A DNA stretch of 64,000 bases, taken from the NCBI RefSeq assembly GCF_001194135.2, contig NC_068985.1, positions 123,743,486 to 123,807,485 of the forward strand. The letters run 5' to 3'. Numbering within the stretch: position 1 is the first letter of the stretch; the number at the start of each line of letters is the position of its first letter. Below, in pieces: positions 51,487-64,000 of the stretch. The translations under genes and the position numbers were made by a program. A model generated the notes under the pieces. The model was not told where the DNA came from. It did no database searches and saw only the letters and a program-made list of their open reading frames with translations. This stretch comes from Octopus bimaculoides. Its lineage: Eukaryota.

Positions 51487-53083
51487 TAGGGTGTGAGAAA
51501 AGCGTGTCTGCATATGGTGACGATATCGCCGTGATAGTGTCGAACCACAGGCATATTGACCTGATTGGCGACACACTATACAAATACTAAGCGGTGACAG
51601 GAGCCAAAATTAATGCGAAAATGTCGGTGGACTTGCAACTCGGCACTTGGAGATGCAAGTCCATGCCGTCCACCTGCATCGTGGGGCGCTGGACAGACAG
51701 TCCGGTTAAATTGTTCAGGGTCTGGTTCTGTGCAGACCTCCATGTGGAGAAAAACTGGGAGAAGGGGATGAACAGGGTGACCAATCTCACCCAGAAATAG
51801 GCCGAGAAGAAGGACAACCTTGGCGGACCGAGCTGTCCATGAAAGGTCGAACTGAGGTGGCAAATGCGTACATCGCATCCGTCGTCTATTACCGCTTGAC
51901 CGCCGTCCTTTGCCTCGATTACTGGCTGACCAAGCTGGTGCACTTACTTTTCCACTTTCTGTGGAAGGGGCAAGTTCCACTGGTCAGGCACTCCATCTGC
52001 TATCAACAGCCGCTGAATGGAGGCCTTGGCATGCTGTAATTGCTGATGCACAGACATGTGTTCAGGCTACGGCATCTCAAGCGTTTCCTGGACGGTGAGC
52101 AGGTGTAGGCACCGTTCGTCAGAATCGCCTTTCCACAGCTCGTCTCTTTGACTGAGCTGCAATCTTGGATCAAGCATAGACTGAGAAAGGGCGCTTGGCA
52201 CCTCGAGTGCCGTCAAGAGCTCACAGCTCTCCGCCAGACGGGCAGTGTGGTTGGTGGTAGTTCCACTCTAGTGTTCTATAGAGGGAAGGAATGCGCGACG
52301 ACGTACTCAAGCTATGATTAACTTTCAGAAATCCCTTGCCTGACAGTGCTACCGAGGGGCGCTGCCTCATCGGGATAAACCTTATTAAGCATGGAAGTGC
52401 CGTCAGCCGAGCTTGCCTAAAGTGTGTGCAGAGTGATGAAACCATTCTGCACGCCCTTGTCCAATGCCCGAGTATTGCTGACTTGTGGGTTTATGTCGAA
52501 CACCTGCTGTCGCGTGTAGGACGGATTCGGCTATCAGCTGAATCCATTGTGAGGATTGCTCCACAGCCCTCCTTTTGCCGGGAGAGGCAGGCAGTTTTTA
52601 TTTGTCTAGTGGCTGTAGCACAAAAGGTAGTATGGTGAACCCCTTTGAAAGAGCTAAAGTCAGACACTTTCCTTTTTGGCCAAGATCTCATCAACTTTTT
52701 CAAGTTCCAATTGTAAAGGAAAGTGTGGGTGGAGAGGGAAGTGTTGTCTTCTAGTAAATTTGTTGAAAAGTGGGTGGATGTCGGAAAAATGGCTAGTATG
52801 GATGGATCGATTCTGAGAATACACCTGTAAAAAAAGAAGTATAAAAGGAGGACACTTACACTGTTGATCAGGCACCCGTGGCTTTTATAGGTTTTTCCAC
52901 GAGTAACTTTTAGGGTGCCCCCCCCCTATTGGGAGATTTTTTAATTTGTTACATTGTTTTATTGTTATCAAATATTTATACGCATGTTTTTTCAATTTTT
53001 TTTGCAAAACGCTTTGTATATCGTCTTATATTGTCCTTTAATGTTTCGACTTATATTAGCCTTTGTGGCCAACAAAAGAATGA

Positions 53084-53085
<2 letters not shown>
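51487..53085 (+). pseudogene. 5'-truncated Tx1/L1-clade LINE ORF2 and 3' UTR
   Basis: SAYGDDIAV (YADD-like), TGAKIN, HFLWKG..PLV....GGLGM, CLKCVQSDETILHALVQCP (CCHC); (ATT)n tail. Confidence 0.9.
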
Positions 53086-53133
<48 letters not shown>

Positions 53134-53154
53134 CTTTTCTACTTATACTAGAAA

Positions 53155-53335
53155 GGATAATGATAAGACCTGAAATTCTTGGAGAGGGGACTAGGTGATT
53201 ACATCGACCCAGTGCTTCGCTGGGACTAATTTCATTGATTCCGAATGGTTGTAAAGGAAATAAATTTATGCAGATTTTGAACTTAGAACGTAAAAACGGA
53301 TCACATTCCGCTAAGCATTTTGTTCGGCGTGCTCA
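53155..53335 (-). mobile_element. SINE A (diverged), followed by (GAA)n 53351-53444
   Basis: gattacatcgacccagtgc...ttttgaacttagaacgta. Confidence 0.7.
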
Positions 53336-53879
53336 GTAATAACGAGTTCTTGAAGAAGAAGAAGAAGAAGAAGAAGAAGAAGAAGAAGAAGAAGAAGAAG
53401 AAGAAGAAGAAGAAGAAGAAGAAGAAGAAGAAGAAGAAGAAGAAACGTTGGTGGGTATGTCAAAGGAAAAAACGTTGGGGGCATTTAGCGAGAGAACGTG
53501 CGAATAAGAGAAGCGGTACTTGACTGTTGTAAAAAAATATCCATTAACATCGTTTAATAATAATGAACAAATTGAAATGAAGAAAAAAAAAGACAATACA
53601 AGAACACATTGAAACTATTGAAGAATAGCTGTGTAAGTAATTACTTGTAGAATTTATTGATTTGTACCTCGTAATGTATTACAAATGTTCGTAATGGTTG
53701 GTATCCGGACTTCATGTGTAAACAAACTATAGATACACGTAATAACAGACCGATTTATCCACCCACACAATAATTAACGATACAATTAAAGCCATGTAAT
53801 TCAATGTTAAGGTTAATGGGTGAATATGTACTTTTAAATTCATAAAAATGTTCGAAAGTAGAGCGTGCAAACCTCGTCA

Positions 53880-54175
53880 TCGGCAGAAAGAAGTCGGTAC
53901 CCGAGGAAAATTTACCAATCTAACTATAGAGTCAGCCCAAAAGTATCTTGAATAATACGGAAAATATATATGTATGTGTGTGTATGTATGTATGTATGTA
54001 TATATATATATATATACATACACACAAGAGGAGTACATTTCCAAAATATATGCATATTTTACAGCCACATTAGACTCCAAATCGAAACTACGTCAATATT
54101 TTCGTATGAAATTTGGAGAGAAAATAACCCGGAGCTTGAGATAACGTTGTGCGCCAACAAACCAGCTATCTGAAA
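53880..54175 (+). pseudogene. R4/Dong-like N-terminal relic split by a microsatellite
   Basis: QEEYISKIYAYFTA and YEIWRENNPELEITLCANK resemble the 44740-44890 region. Confidence 0.4.
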
Positions 54176-54199
54176 GTCCATTTTTTAGTAAACACTTGA

Positions 54200-54515
54200 A
54201 ATAATTAACTGGCACTCTGTCGGTTACGTCGACGAGAGTTCCAGTCGATCTGTTCAACGGAACAACCCGCTCGTGAAATTAACGTGCAAATGGCTGAGAA
54301 CTCCACAGACGCGTACATTTAATGTAGTTCTCAAGGAGCTTTAGCGTAGCGCAGAGTGTGAACTCACGTGTACAACTCATTTTTGCCAGCTGAGTAGATT
54401 GGAGCAACGTGAAATAAAATCTCTTGCTCAAGGACACACCGTGCCACCGCGAATCGACCCCACGACGTTACAATCGTGAGCCGAATGCTGTAGCCAAGCC
54501 ACAGAGCCACGGACG
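54200..54515 (-). mobile_element. tRNA/CORE-type SINE
   Basis: The reverse complement has a tRNA head, then gtgtccttgagcaagagattttatttcacgttgctcca...cagctggcaaaaatgag, shared with 61457. Confidence 0.8.
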
Positions 54516-55132
54516 TTCGCACTTGAAAGAAAGAATTACATAGCGAACACACAAATAACGAATCCAAATACAAACAAGAAAAACATAAACACGACGACGA
54601 CAATGATTGCGATGCTGGTGGTGATAGGGATGGTGGCAAAGGCAAAAACTGATTTCATTGGGTTTACGGTGTCAAAACCATTATTGATATCGTAATGAAA
54701 CGCAGCAAAATGCAGGAAGATGTAATTGGAAGAGTGCATTCAGATTGATTATGACACTGCATTTATTCTGCCGTCAACAGATGCAGAAATTTGAGATGTT
54801 GGAATAAGTAACAATAAAGACATTAAGGTCGATGGTGATGGTCATATTGATAGTGTCGGTGATTGTGATTATGATTATTGTAAGTGTTATTGTTTTTGTT
54901 GTTGTTATTATTGTTGACGGTGATGGTGTTGTTGTTGTTGTTACTACTGCTACTACTACTACTACTACTACTATGGCCGGATACTGCTGAATTAATAACA
55001 GTTGAGAAAATGATAAACAGGAAACAACTTGTAAAAATGGAAGCCAGAATGTTACTCTAAGCCAACACAAAATGACTCTTCTGCAGTATTTAGAAGCTAT
55101 TCATATAAGGAATACACGCGCACACACGCACG

Positions 55133-55189
<57 letters not shown>

Positions 55190-55464
55190 NNNNNNNNNNN
55201 NNNNNNNNNNNNNNNNNNNNNNNNNNNNNNNNNNNNNNNNNNNNNNNNNNNNNNNNNNNNNNNNNNNNNNNNNNNNNNNNNNNNNNNNNNNNNNNNNNNN
55301 NNNNNNNNNNNNNNNNNNNNNNNNNNNNNNNNNNNNNNNNNNNNNNNNNNNNNNNNNNNNNNNNNNNNNNNNNNNNNNNNNNNNNNNNNNNNNNNNNNNN
55401 NNNNNNNNNNNNNNNNNNNNNNNNNNNNNNNNNNNNNNNNNNNNNNNNNNNNNNNNNNNNNNNN

Positions 55465-55528
<64 letters not shown>

Positions 55529-56034
55529 TGCATGTTAATTAATTTGGTATAATTTTACAAACCGTACAACTGGGTTGAAGGTAAACTCACGTGCGTGCGA
55601 ATCGAACTCCACAACTACCAAGCTATGTCTGAACATGCGGTTTTCATAACGAGAACAGAACAAGGCGTAACATACTAAACTTTCCGAAATATTATAAAAG
55701 TCTTTGTGAAATGATATGACTTTAATCTATAATCGAAACGGTTCCATGTCATCGGGTGAGGTTTTCTGATATTGCGATGGAAAGAGAAGAGCTTGCAATA
55801 ACCTCTGTATAGCTCCTACAGTTTTTACGTAGAGCAAAGCATCTCTGATGTTTATATTACCTTAAAAACCCGATTTGGTTTGTCGATGGCTTAACATCTA
55901 TTAATCACATTTGTTTCATGTAATGTTAATTCAGTAACATTGTAGCTATGAATGAAATATTGAATTATTCAGTTGAATTATTCTTCATTGAAATAGAAAA
56001 AAATTCTATAACAGTAATAATAATCCATTCTACT

Positions 56035-56596
56035 ATAGGAATATGGCCTTTGGAGGAAGGGACTAATCGATTACATCGATCCCCAGCTTTTCACTGGTAT
56101 TTGATTTATCAACTCCGAAAGGATGAAAGACAAAGTCGACCTCGGCGTAATTTGAACTCACAACGCAGCACCAGACGAAATACTGCTAAGCATTTTGCCC
56201 TGTGTTATTTCTTTACTACCCACAAGGGGCTACACACAGAGGGGGCAAACCAGGACAGACAAACGGATTAAGTCGATAATACCGACCCCAGTGCGTAACT
56301 GGTACTTATTTAATCAACCCCGAAAGGATGAAAAGCAAAGTCGACCTCGGCGGAATTTGAACTCAGAACGTAGCGGCAGACGAAATACCTATTTCTTTAC
56401 TGCCCACAAGGGGCTACACACAGAGGGGACAAACAAGGACAGACAAACGGATTAAGTCGATTATATCGACCCCAGTAGGTAACTGGTACTTAATTTATCG
56501 ACCCCGAAAGGATGAAAGGCAAAGTCGACCTCGGCGGAATTTGAACTCAGAACGTAACGGCAGACGAAATACCGCTAAGCATTTCGCCCGGTCTGC
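56035..56596 (-). mobile_element. Head-to-tail array of three SINE A copies, two with the extended tail
   Basis: Three repeats of gaaaggatgaaa..caaagtcgacctcggcg.aatttgaactca. Confidence 0.9.
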
Positions 56597-56651
56597 NNNN
56601 NNNNNNNNNNNNNNNNNNNNNNNNNNNNNNNNNNNNNNNNNGCCGCCTTAA

Positions 56652-56652
56652 C

Positions 56653-56701
<49 letters not shown>

Positions 56702-56702
56702 C

Positions 56703-56758
<56 letters not shown>

Positions 56759-56790
56759 TAATAATAATAATAATAGTAATAATAATAATA
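56652..56790. repeat. (AAT)n; also (GA)n 57447-57520, (TATC)n 57826-57910, (CT)n(CA)n 58190-58345
   Basis: Direct reading. Confidence 0.95.
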
Positions 56791-57441
56791 AGACTTAATT
56801 AATAAGAACGAAGAAAAGGGAAAGAATAAAACATCTTACTTTATATTTAGTTGTCAAAAATATAAATCATATTTTCCATCAATTTTAAGGTTTGACACAT
56901 GAAAAGGGAATAAAAATATATGATATTAAAATTATTTCCTTCACTTTCACAGAAAGCGCTTGTTAGATCCCCGCCCCTTTTTTGTTTTGATTATTTTCTA
57001 TTTTCTCTTTCATTTAATTTGTCTATCATTCTTTAGAAAAGAAATAGCTGGATATAAATTAACAAATGTGGTAGTTATGCATCAACAACCATTTCGTCAC
57101 ATTTCGTGCCAGCGCTATTTAAATATTAGCCTAACATGCAATCCGTTTCGTTTTTCGGATGAGTTTTGTCTTGTTAAACATATTTATCGGGTGAGTGAAG
57201 GCCACGTGTTGACAGAAACGGTAGAGTGCCAAATGAAATGGCTTACAGTCAGTATTTAGTTCAAATACCGCTGAGTAAAATTTTCCTTCTATGGACCCAC
57301 AATCGATAAACAAATATCAGTAGCGTACAGGTTTGATTTAATCTCTAATATCTCTATCATGGCAAATTTTTGCCTTGTACTTTGTCTGAAGAAAATCAAT
57401 ATTTCTTCTCGATATTGACTGATATACAAATAGTCAGGAAG

Positions 57442-57522
<81 letters not shown>

Positions 57523-57823
57523 GAGAGAGAGAAAGAGAATGTATTGTTCTGACAACACGGAAACAATGAGATCTGATTAACTCGAAATCACATTTCGCTT
57601 GTTGGATACACATGTCTCTCCTGGCGTTAAAATCTCAAACATTATTTTATAACAAAGTTAGAAATAATTAGTGATCTAGAATTAATTATGTAACTAGTAA
57701 TTATTTTATCAGCCACAGGGATATGAGCCGTAAAGATGACATTAGTAGTGTTCTTCTTGGGTAAAGCAAATTCTGAAATGTATTTAGTCTGTCTCTCTGC
57801 AGCTTTTATCCTACCTATTTTAA

Positions 57824-57902
<79 letters not shown>

Positions 57903-58188
57903 TTATCTATCTACCTACCTGCCTGCCACCTTGCCTGTCTGCCAGCCTGCCTGCCTGCCTGCCTGTCTGTTTGTCTTTCTGGCTGGCTGTCTATCTGTCT
58001 GTCTGTCTATCCATAGAGAGAGTGAGTGGAGAATTGGCAAATATTAGAGCATCTGACAAAATGTTTTAAGTCTTGAGTTCAGAACACGCAAGAGATCGAA
58101 AAAATAAGGATAAATCAAGCAGCGGGTCAGTTCAACTGACATTACTCACTGTCAAAATATGTACGTTTGTGCTTATATCACACACACA

Positions 58189-58307
<119 letters not shown>

Positions 58308-58517
58308 GCACACACACACACACATACACACATACACACATGCATAGCCACATGCGCGTGTGCGCATATATACTACTACTAAATTCAAGTCACGACAGAC
58401 AGAGAGGATGTTCTTGAAGCCGAGATGTCGAACTTACGGAGACAATATTTACATATCGCCTGAGGAAACACAACTAGATCTCATAATGCAGAGAAACGGT
58501 TACATAATCAAGTGTCT

Positions 58518-58560
58518 GCATGCCTGAAGAACAACGTTGCGTAGAAACAATTGTAGTGAT
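58518..58560 (+). ncRNA. Minimal type-I hammerhead-like motif with canonical core
   Basis: CTGAAGA (58524-30), 13 nt, GAA, palindromic ACAATTGT, then A (GUA triplet). Stems I and II are weak. Confidence 0.35.
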
Positions 58561-58756
58561 TAAATAACAAAAGTCCAATTGTACTACTTTTTGTTGGCTC
58601 CACATATTTTTCTGTTATCTATTCATACATGACAGATACCCAAACGCAAACCTGGAAGTACGTCTAATATTATTACTGGATAGCACAGGGTGAAATCTGA
58701 AGGTGGACGAGCTTCATACTGTACTCTACTGTGTTCTTAACAGAATATACCATAAC

Positions 58757-58801
<45 letters not shown>

Positions 58802-58949
58802 TATAATACTTTATTCAATATCTCAGATTTTCATTCACAAACACAAATTCGCTAGTACTTACCACCACAGTTCCTATATCTTACAGATAGACACGCATTT
58901 GCAGACAAATATCGACATTAATTTATTTGATCCCTAAACAGAGTCATAA

Positions 58950-59800
58950 TCGATAACAGCCACCATGATCCTTATTGAGCAGGGACAATCAGCATCATCC
59001 CTGATAAAAAGAAGAGATGTATGAGCAACACGAAATTTTCTAAGAGTTTGTCTTCTGGGATAGTTCCAGATATAAACAAATATAATGAAGTTATTAAAAT
59101 GATCAAGTAATCTTTATTAATTATGTCTATAAAAGAACATGTAGATCCACTAATTTTAAAGTGTGAAGCAAAAAAATATATCTTCGTATATCGAAATAGA
59201 CATTATTTTGTAAATAAATATAATATGACGGGAAAAATAAATAAAAATTTATAAATGAAAATGTTTATGAATTTAAATATCCATATGCTTTACACAGTGC
59301 TATAAAACAGTTATGTTTAGGATGATTTTCTTTATATGTGCGTGTGCATGTACTTACAATCACACATATGTCTAGAGTGCAAGATGTCATCAACCTACCG
59401 TCCTCCTCACTTGTACGGCCACACTTTGAATTCTGTGGTGACCCCAAACAAAAAATTACAAGAATTGAGTTACCCCAGAGAGTAATCGCTAAAAAATAAA
59501 AAGCATGACTAATTTTGATTATTGGGACTACCTTAAAACATTGAAACTTTAATCTTTCCAGCGCTGCCGTGAGCGCAGCATCATTAGCACAATACGAAGA
59601 ATATACCAACAGCATTGCCCAAACGACCTTAATATCAGATTCGGAATTCATCCAAGGCTGGGGTTACGTGCCATACGCCCCAACACAATTCATGACCACA
59701 ACACAAATTCACTGCAAGACAATTTCTTTTCATCAAATCAAGTCAAAGAAAAAGATCCCATCACTTTCAAATGATACCAAGAAAAATTGCTTCAGACACG
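58950..59800 (+). pseudogene. CR1/Jockey-like LINE relic
   Basis: KFSKSLSSGIVP, SLVRPHFEFC, RCRERSII...QQHCPNDLNIRFGIHPRLGLRAIRP. Confidence 0.65.
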
Positions 59801-60119
59801 CCACTTATGCTTGAATACATATCAGTCAACAACCCACTTCTTAAATGGACCACTACCTCCTTAAATGGACCACTACCTCCTAAAACTTGATGTAAAAATG
59901 ACAACAGAACCTATAAGGTGATGCTATTAAATTTGACATGGCCCGGGCCAATTTTTGACCAAAATATATCCAAATTGAATAGAGATACACACACACATAT
60001 ATATTCATGTATATATATATATATGTGTGTGTATATATATATATAAATATGTATGTATACATGCTTATATACTGACATACGTACACAAAGAAACACATAT
60101 ATAAACGTATTAGTATATA

Positions 60120-61330
60120 CTGGGCTGGCAAGAAAGTAATTTCGGTTTTTTAGTATGAAATAAAAGTCATTTATTTTTCATACAAAGAATGAACTTTTCC
60201 ATTTTGTTCGATGACCTTCTGCCATCTTTCTGGCAACTTCATGATTTCACGCTTATAGAACTTTTGGTGCTTATCACCCAAAACCTGAAACAAGTGTGAT
60301 TTCAGGTCATCATCATTACTGAAAGTTTCACCATTCAAAGAACTTTGCAAGCTTCGAAATAAATGATAATCTGATGGTGCAAGGTCAGGGCTTTATGGTA
60401 GATGAGACATCACTTCCCGACCAAGCTCCAATTATTTTTCACGAGTTAGTAAAGACGTGTGTGGTCTAGTGTTGTCATGGTGGAACACGATTCCTCTACG
60501 ATTTGCCAATTCTGGCCATTTTTCTTTGATTGCTTCCTCCAGTTTCATTAGTTGCTGACAGTAAACATTTGACTTGATCGTCTGGTTCCTTGGAAGGAGC
60601 TCAAAATACACAACATCTTTGTAATCCCAACAAATTTTTAGCATGACCTTTTTTATGCAATCCAGCTTTCGATATCGCTTGCGCTGGTTCATTACGCTTG
60701 GACCATGATCGTTTTCGATTGATGTTATTGTAGACAATTCATTTTCACCACCAGTGACGATTCATTTAAAAAAAAGGTCGGATTTCATTGCGTTTAAGAT
60801 GTATATTATAAATATTGATTCGTTGTGTTAAGTGAATCTTTTTCAACTTATGTAGAACCCAAACATCGAGCTTCTTAACAAGTGCAAGGCATTTTAAGTG
60901 ATTTTCAATAGTTGTGTGTAATACATTTAACCTCTCTGCAACCTCTCGTAGAGTTATATGACAATCATATTCAATTATAGCTTTGATTCGGTCATCATCA
61001 ATTTCAGTAGGTCGACTAGAACGTTGGTTATCTTTGAGTGAAAAATATCCAGAACGGAATTTTTAAAACCATTTCTGACATGTGCATTCTGTTAAGCAAT
61101 CAACACCATAAACTTTACATATCTCTTTGTGAGGCTCAGCAGCTTTCTTCCCTTTACGGAAATAATACTGCAAAATATGGTGAAAATGTTCGTTTTTACA
61201 CTCCATGTTAAAATTGACACCGAAGTAACAGCGGTAAACAAAAATACGCGCAATTTGCTTCTAGAGTAAGCTAAAAGTAACGGAAAAATTCATAACGTTG
61301 ACATAAGCCATTCAAAGAAATCGTAACTCT
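60120..61330 (-). mobile_element. Mariner transposon, near full length and defective; transposase ATG at 61206
   Basis: HILQYYFRKG, QRSSRP, VWVLHKL, IVTGGEK, HHDNTRPH, SPDLAPSDYHLF. One TIR next to TA at 60118-60149; stops and frameshifts; the other TIR is not seen. Confidence 0.92.
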
Positions 61331-61456
61331 ATCTATTTTCGCGCGCGCGCATGAGTGCGTGTGTGTGTGCGTGTGTGTGTGCGTGTGTGTGTGCGTGTGT
61401 GTGTGTGTGTGCGTGTGTGTGTGTGTGTGTATTATTAAGTAGACGATTACAGTGAA

Positions 61457-61800
61457 GGCGCATGGCTCTGTGATTAGAGCGTCGAACTTACGATCGTGAA
61501 ATTGTGAGTTCGATTCCCGGACCGGGCTGCGTATTGTGTTCTTGAGCAAGACACTTTATTTCACGTTGCTCCACTTCACTCAGCTGTAGAAATGAGTTGC
61601 GACGTCACAAGTGTCAAGCTGTATCGGCCTTTGACTTTCCCTTTGATAACATCGGTGGTGTGGAGAGGGGAAGCTGTTATGCATGAGCGACTGGTGGTCT
61701 TCCAGAAACAACTTTTCCCAGACTTGTGCCTCGGAGGGTTACTTTCTAGGTGCAATCTCATGGACATTCATGATCGAAGGGGACCACAACACAACGACAG
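61457..61800 (+). mobile_element. tRNA/CORE-type SINE
   Basis: A box tggctctgtgatt, B box gagttcgattccc, then a MIR/CORE-like tgtgttcttgagcaagacactt...ctgtagaaatgag segment. Confidence 0.85.
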
Positions 61801-62129
61801 TTTTTGAAATATAAATCCATTTCACTCGACAAGATAAGAGTTATAACTTTACTAAAATCGAATATGAATCACAAACATGTTTGTAGCTACTTAACCGCCA
61901 AGTTTAACAAAATAACTGAAATTCGTGTATGTTTATGCTTTAGCGGAAACCTCAGAATATAAATGTTTAATCGCTATAATGTAACTAATTTTATGTTTTT
62001 CCGAAAAGGTCATTTATAATTACGACCTCGATAGAAAAGAAATAGAAAACAGAACCTATCATACGAATGGAACAACTTTGTAATCCCACGATTGGTTATC
62101 TCATAGGCCATATTTGTAAATGTCTTTTA

Positions 62130-62320
62130 AGGGCAAGTGGCAGGACAAAGTCACAAAATCGGCTGTACTAGCGGAAACAAACTCGTTAACAACCCAAACC
62201 ATCATTGAAATGCATCAACTCTTACAGCTAGACTATGCATAAAGGATGCCAGACACAAGAATGCCCAAAGAGATCCTGTGTGCCGAACTTACAGAAAGCG
62301 CTGTCCTTATTCCACACCCA
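62130..62320 (+). pseudogene. RTE-clade LINE C-terminal fragment
   Basis: KWQDKVTKSAVL...RMPDTRMPKEILCAEL. Confidence 0.7.
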
Positions 62321-62559
62321 ACGTAACCACTAAGAAAGATAGCCGAAAATAGTAACAATCGAAGGTAAACATGCAGAGAAGCAACCGTTATTACAGGTCA
62401 CAGTGAAAGTCGAAGACCTTCGACGAAGTTTATCATTGATTTTAGCAGAGTTAGAAACTGACCAAAACGGAAGCATGAACTTTGAAGAGGTAGAATTGAA
62501 GTTAATTCGGCCAACGGTGTTCTTTGAAAGGATACAACTTTGAATGCTCAGACATGACC

Positions 62560-63190
62560 TCGTTCGTATAAATAACAATTCTCACAATCTATGCTGATGA
62601 TACGAAAATATTAAGATGTACCAGAAGTGTCGATGTTGTCAATAATCTTCAGAAAGACAATGTAGAAGTGGGCGGAAGAAAACATCTTGCAACTTAATAC
62701 CGAAAGTTTCGGATACTTTGCTATTAGCCACGTTCCAATATGTGCGTGATCCAGAAACCAAAATTACTAAAAGTTCATCGTTTTTCAGATGCATGAAGAA
62801 CAGTTACTTTTTGATTTCCATTAAGGGCTTGTCTCACCATCATTAGTATATTGGTTATGATATTAGAAAGCGACACCAATATGCAAACGATTGTGTTTAT
62901 GATAGCCAGGCCAACACCAGTTTCGCTCCGTATGGTTATTAGAATCTGCAGTTTTGCTCTCGTTGCTCTCTTGTCACAGCTGTGTTTCTGACAGAGCAGC
63001 GACGTCCATACCATAGCGCACCAATTATATACTGATTTCCGCAGTTATGCGTTCAGACGCCCTGAAAAATCTACATCCAACATCCGAAGTCTTTATCAAT
63101 CTAAACCCTAAGTGCTGAAACACGAACTTACGACAATCATTAGTGGAAACCATCTTCTAATGTAGTGAATAAGTCCACATACTTTCAAGA
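62560..63190 (+). pseudogene. CR1/Jockey-like RT relic
   Basis: IYADDTKILRCTRSVDVVNNLQKD and further decayed motifs downstream. Confidence 0.65.
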
Positions 63191-63344
63191 CAACCTAGAT
63201 ACGTAGGAAAATTGCTTCTTACGTTCGGCTGCAACTGCTTTCAGGAAGCTTTGTGATTAATTAGACTTACCTGCTATATCGTCGGCCTATCAGAAAGCTG
63301 ATGTGATATCTCGCTTGTTCTTGTTTGGATTGACTATATATTTA

Positions 63345-64000
63345 TTGGGTTGTCCGGAAAGTTCGTGCCGATTTATAGTAGCTTACCTTTCGACTTATTT
63401 TAGAACATGGTTGAGTTCATAAAATAGGATTTGACTACACCTCCAGTTAGAGCACAGTTTATGCTATCTTTTCGTGGAAGAAGGTTTATGTTCCTATAAC
63501 CTGTGTTAATTCTGTAACCCTTTAAAATGGAAGATAAGAAAGTTCATTTTCGGCACTTGATGTTTTTCTTTTTCCGTAAAGGGAGAAATGCCTCACAAGC
63601 AACGAAAGAAACATGCGCAGTTTACGGTGATGTTTCTTTATCTGAAAGAACTGTACGGAAGTGGTTCGCAAGGTTCTGAGCTGGAGATTGTAGCCTTATT
63701 GATAAAGAGCGATCAGGCAGACCATCCACTACAGNNNNNNNNNNCATTAATTGAGAATAATCCACATTGCACAACCCGAGAATTGGCAGAAAGCCTCAAC
63801 CTATCAAAATCCGTCCTTCATGAGCACCTGGTAAAGCTTGGGTACACAAATCACTACGATGTTTGGGTACCACATGAGTTGAGTGAAAAGAACCTTTTGG
63901 ATCACATTTCCATCTGTGATTTGCTTTATAAACGGAATGAAAACGCACCTTTTTTTAAAGCAAATTGTGACAGGTGATGAGAAATGGATTATCTACCGAA
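63345..64000 (+). mobile_element. Mariner transposon 5' half, defective; ATG at 63527; runs off the window
   Basis: TA plus TIR ttgggttgtccggaaagttcgtgccgattt; MEDKKVHFRHLM..RKG, ERSGRP, WVPHEL, IVTGDEKW; one stop and one frameshift. Confidence 0.93.

Noticed and set aside
56035-56596. Regularly repeated motif that might look CRISPR-like
   Set aside because: Tandem SINE copies in a eukaryote; no unique spacers and no cas genes.
59841-59880. Exact 20-bp tandem duplication (a similar one lies at 492-525)
   Set aside because: Ordinary slippage duplication with no further structure.
62594-62610. CTGATGA-tac-GAAA hammerhead-like string
   Set aside because: It is the YADDTK codons of a CR1-like RT and has no stem II.

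Overview
Eukaryotic, AT-rich, microsatellite-saturated draft-assembly sequence with 12 N-gaps. The SINE, LINE and mariner content and the simple-repeat load look like a coleoid cephalopod (Octopus-like); this is inferred from repeat content, not a database hit. No complete protein-coding gene is supportable, and most ORFs in the track are translations of microsatellites or N-runs. The window is intergenic or intronic and is built from: (i) over 25 copies of a ~210-bp tRNA-related SINE (family A), often as head-to-tail dimers, plus longer tRNA/CORE-type SINEs; (ii) decayed non-LTR retrotransposons (R4/Dong-like RT and restriction-like endonuclease, Tx1/L1-like, CR1/Jockey-like, RTE); (iii) two mariner transposases and a hAT relic; (iv) short Penelope-like terminal-repeat relics carrying hammerhead-ribozyme-like motifs. 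The most interesting signals are the hammerhead-like motifs (a two-copy non-canonical CUGUnGA-A variant, a two-copy permuted form, and a canonical-core motif with a palindromic stem III), a perfect 58-bp-arm hairpin, a death-domain-like coding segment, a SINE subfamily sharing its 3' end with a Tx1-like LINE, and a few candidate orphan exons. TE boundaries are approximate (about +/-20 bp) and were read by eye.
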